Below the pieces are notes generated by a model. It was not told where the DNA came from and searched no databases. It was given only the letters and a program-made list of their open reading frames with translations. A stretch of DNA of 64,000 nucleotides from Diadema antillarum (taxonomy: Eukaryota): positions 1 to 64,000 of the forward strand of contig NW_027272897.1 of assembly GCF_040938485.1 (NCBI RefSeq), written 5' to 3'. Of the stretch, positions 60,290 through 64,000 are shown piece after piece (the stretch's first letter is position 1; each line of letters opens with the position of its first letter). The position numbers and the translations under genes were made by a program.

Positions 60290-63200
60290 GGAAGCTGTCT
60301 AAACGCAACCACCAAACATCAAAACTATTTTAGGTCAATATCATTGCGTTTGATGAGATGTATGAACTGTTAATCTAACATTTCAACCACCCTAATGGGA
60401 TCTTCATTGTTTCATATTGATAGATCCAAACTGATTACAAACAATAGACCGTGCAAGAAAGGAGGTGGAGTTGGTTTTTATGTAACAGAAAATTTAAACC
60501 ATCGGTTATTAGAAGAGTTCAGTTTTATGACAGAATTTTTTTAAAGTATTTTCATTGAGATAAAAGTACCAAATAAAGGAAATGTAATTGTTGGAGAAAT
60601 TTATAGGCCACCAAACTCTAATTTTACTGAATTCGGTGAATTAATCCACGGTATTTTGTCGAATAACTATTTCAAGAATAAATTATGTTTTCTTATGGGT
60701 GATTTTAATTTAAATCTTTTAAATTATGATAATCATAATTGCCAAGAGTTTCTTAATCAACTGTTGTCTAAGTCTTTTATTCCTCTCATAAGAAGACCTA
60801 CAAGAATCACCGACCTCTCTTCTACTTTAATAGATAATATATTTGTTAACAAGTCATTTTCTGATATTTCATCTGGTATTGTTGTTACGGATATCTCTGA
60901 CCATTTTCCTGTGTATGCACTTATTGGTAGTATCCACCCTCTTGCTGACAGTGTGCAAAAAAACTCCGGTTTTCGTGTTATGTCAGACTCGAACCTGAAT
61001 AGTTTTAGAGAAAGGTTGAAACTCGTTGATTGGTCGATTGTATATAATCAAAATGACGTAAATCTATCTTTTGATATTTTCATAGATATTTTGATAACTC
61101 AGCTTAATATTGCTATCCCTTGTTGTAAATTCTCTAACTCAAATCATAAAAAAGTACCCCGGCAGCCATGGGTTACAAAATCACTTTTAAAATCAATCAA
61201 TAAGAAAAATAAACTTTATCATAAATATCGCAAAGTACCCACAGTTTCAAACAAGTCCAGATATACTCAGTATCGTAATATCCTCACTTCTGCATTACGG
61301 TCAGCCAAACGGATGTATTTTATGAATCAATTCGACAAATGTAAATTTGATGTGAAGGGTACGTGGAGGGTGATAAACCGAGCATTGAAACGTAATACTG
61401 ATAATAACGTGCCTAGTTATATTCAAGAGGATGATGTTCGTATTGATGACCCCATAGATATAGCTGAAGTTTTTAATGATTTTTTTGTAAACATTGGGCC
61501 AAATCTGGCTGATAAAATTCCTGAAGCGCAGCGAGAATTTCACTCTTTCCTGGGTACTAGGAATATGGAATCTTTATTTTTTGTCGCAATTGTCGAAGAT
61601 GAAATAATAAAGATTGTTGACAAGTTAAATAATAAAAAAAGTTCGGGATATGATGGAATCACAAACTTCTTGGTAAAAAATGTGATTCATGAAATAATTT
61701 CGCCTCTTACTTATACATTGTATTTTCAATCAATCTTTATCTACTGGTAAAGTTCCTCAAAAAATGAAAGTAGCCAGAGTTGTTCCCATTTTTAAAAAAG
61801 GGCGAAAAGACCTTGTCAATAATTATCGCCCCATTTCTCTTTTAACTTCTTTTTCAAAGATACTTGAAAGACTTGTGTACAAACGCACCCTTAATTTTTT
61901 TCTTCAGGCTAAAATATTTACTGAATCTCAATTTGGATTTCGGAAAAAACATAGTACAACTCACGCATTACTCAAGTTTATCGATAAGATAGCTCATGCT
62001 ATAGATGATGTTTCTCACACTGTCGGTGTTTTCCTTGACTTCTCCAAGGCGTTTGATACAATAGACCATGACATATTACTTTATAAGTTAAATCATTACG
62101 GAATTCGGGGAAGGGCGCTAGAATGATTCACTGATTATTTAACGAATAGAAAACAATTTGTAAGTATTCACGGTCACGATTCCCAACCAAAACTGATTTC
62201 TTGTGGTGTTCCACAGGGTTCCTTGTTAGGCCCACTTCTCTTTATTCTATATATTAATGATATCCAGAACTCCTCTAAGATTCTCTCCTTCGTTTGCTTT
62301 GCAGATGATACAAATTTGTTCTTCTCTCATCAAAATCCTGATGCGCTTATAAACATAATAAATAAAGAACTTGTTTCTGTCCAATATTGGATTTTTGCGA
62401 ACAAATTATCCTTAAACATTGATAAAACTCAGTATATGTTATTCAGTAATTCGCTACCTGTGTTACCTCTCTCTGTCAAGATAAACAACATTGATCTGTC
62501 ACAGGTCAACAATACAAAATTTTGGGGTCTTCATATCGATAGTGATTTATCTTGGAGAACCCATGTTAATTATGTAAGCAGAATTATTGCTAGAAATACC
62601 GGGGTTCTTAACAAACTTAGCTATTATTTTCCAAGTAATATTCTACAGAGCATATATTCAACTTTGATATCTCCCTATCTCAACTATGGGATTCTGGCGT
62701 GGGGAAATGCTTCTAAAAACCTTATCGATTCGTTATTTCTTGTACAAAAACGAGCTGTTAGAATTGTTAACCACACTGGATATTTATCCCACACGAACGA
62801 ACTTTTCGTTAGTAATAAAATTTTGAAAATTCCTGAGTTATTTTATTACAACGTCGGCCTGTTTATGTTTCAATTTTCAACTGGCCAATTACCAGACGTA
62901 TTTTCCCAAATGTTTACAAGAAATTACACAGTTCATGATTATCCAACTCGTCAACGTTACGCATATCACCTTCCACGTACCCGAACAATTTTCGCGAAAA
63001 AAACCATTATGTTCGCTGGACCCAAATATTGGAACGAACTTCCTATGGAACTTGTAAGTTGCACCACTGTAACCTCATTCAAACGAAAACTGAAGCAATA
63101 TCTTCTTAGCAGCTACATTGTACGGCATGCATAGTGTATAGTTCTTGTTGCTCTTTACATGTTACCCCTTGTCTATCCCACCTTAGTCCGGCGGGATCCT

Positions 63201-63880
63201 AACCATGAACACTATTTTTGAACAGTCTGCCTGTTGCGCTGTTCATGCACCTATTGTTCCACTCGGTTATCGAAATTCTCGCGCGTGACAGCTGTCGGTT
63301 ACTATGGTCACATGGAATGCTTGGTTTTAGGACCCATGCTGGAATGTTACTCCTGAGCTTTCGGTATTGTTTACATTCACGACAAATCTCATTATCCCAC
63401 CTTCTATACTTACCTATTTATGACATACAGTTACGCCATTTTCTATACTCTGCAACACACCCCTTGAATCTCTGCAGTTGTTGTTCACTGCTGCAACATG
63501 TGACCTTTCTGTTTACTGTATTTTTATTTAGTGACATATATTTAATTGGATTTTTTGTTTTGTTTGTTTTAATCGGTTTCCCCAGATATAGTTGGTCTTA
63601 AAAAACATCCGTACTTTAAACTTCCCCTAATCTGATTACTCACGGGACCTGCGGCTGTACAAGCTAATGCTTTTACGCAGGCCCCATCATATTTTTTCGC
63701 ATTATGACCACAGTTTAAATTGGCATGCATACAGACCTCATGTTTATACCAAATCAAACTTCTGTACATTCTGATGAAGTCTCATCTAAATTATGTTTTG
63801 TATAATTTTCGTATTTATATACTTTATTGTGATATATGTGAGAAATATGAAAATAAAATTGAAATGAAATGAAAATGAAA
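60290..63880 (+). mobile_element. 5'-truncated CR1/L2-group (Crack-like) LINE: APE endonuclease + RT ORF2 pseudogene, 3' UTR and tail
   Basis: EN motifs KGGGVG, IYRPP, MGDFN, IDNIF, SDHFP; RT motifs NYRPISLL, QFGFR, DFSKAFDTIDH, GVPQGSLLGPLLF, FADDT. Frameshifts at about 60540 and 61710 (7-nt insert); TGA in place of TGG at 62124-26; stop at 63134; tail AATAAAATTGAAATGAAATGAAAATGAAA at about 63851-63880. Confidence 0.93.
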
Positions 63881-64000
63881 TATCTTTGGGTTGTTTTGCA
63901 TGACTGTTTTGATTTCCACTGCACTTGTCCTCACTATGCAATTTCCTATTGAAACTTCAAAACAAAACACTGAAACTGCACACACTCCATTACGCCCGAT

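Overview
AT-rich, intron-containing animal genomic DNA. The repeat landscape suggests a marine invertebrate deuterostome such as an echinoderm (inference only). From left to right: (1) one calcium-binding EGF exon on + (555-671) from a gene entering the window. (2) A complete 7-exon CDC50/TMEM30A flippase beta-subunit gene on - (14820->4208, 387 aa) whose last intron has U12 (minor spliceosome) signatures. (3) A head-to-tail array of four 3-exon UNC-93-like (UNC93A-type MFS) paralogues on -, plus an orphan degenerate exon 2. Copies 1 and 3 are intact. Copy 2 has a 5-nt frameshift after its ancestral ATG. Copy 4 has its last exon split by a 3.2-kb P-element-like insertion (perfect 28-bp TIRs, 8-bp TSD, THAP-like remnant). 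(4) Many DNA-transposon derivatives (Tc1, pogo-like, Harbinger-like, TTAA/Kolobok-like MITEs, a hAT-like element with 5-bp TSD) and two tRNA-derived repeat families, each also found as a back-to-back palindrome. (5) CR1/L2-group LINE fragments and one long 5'-truncated copy (about 60.3-63.9 kb). There is a 148-N assembly gap inside the UNC93 array. All coordinates were derived by eye; no database searches were run.
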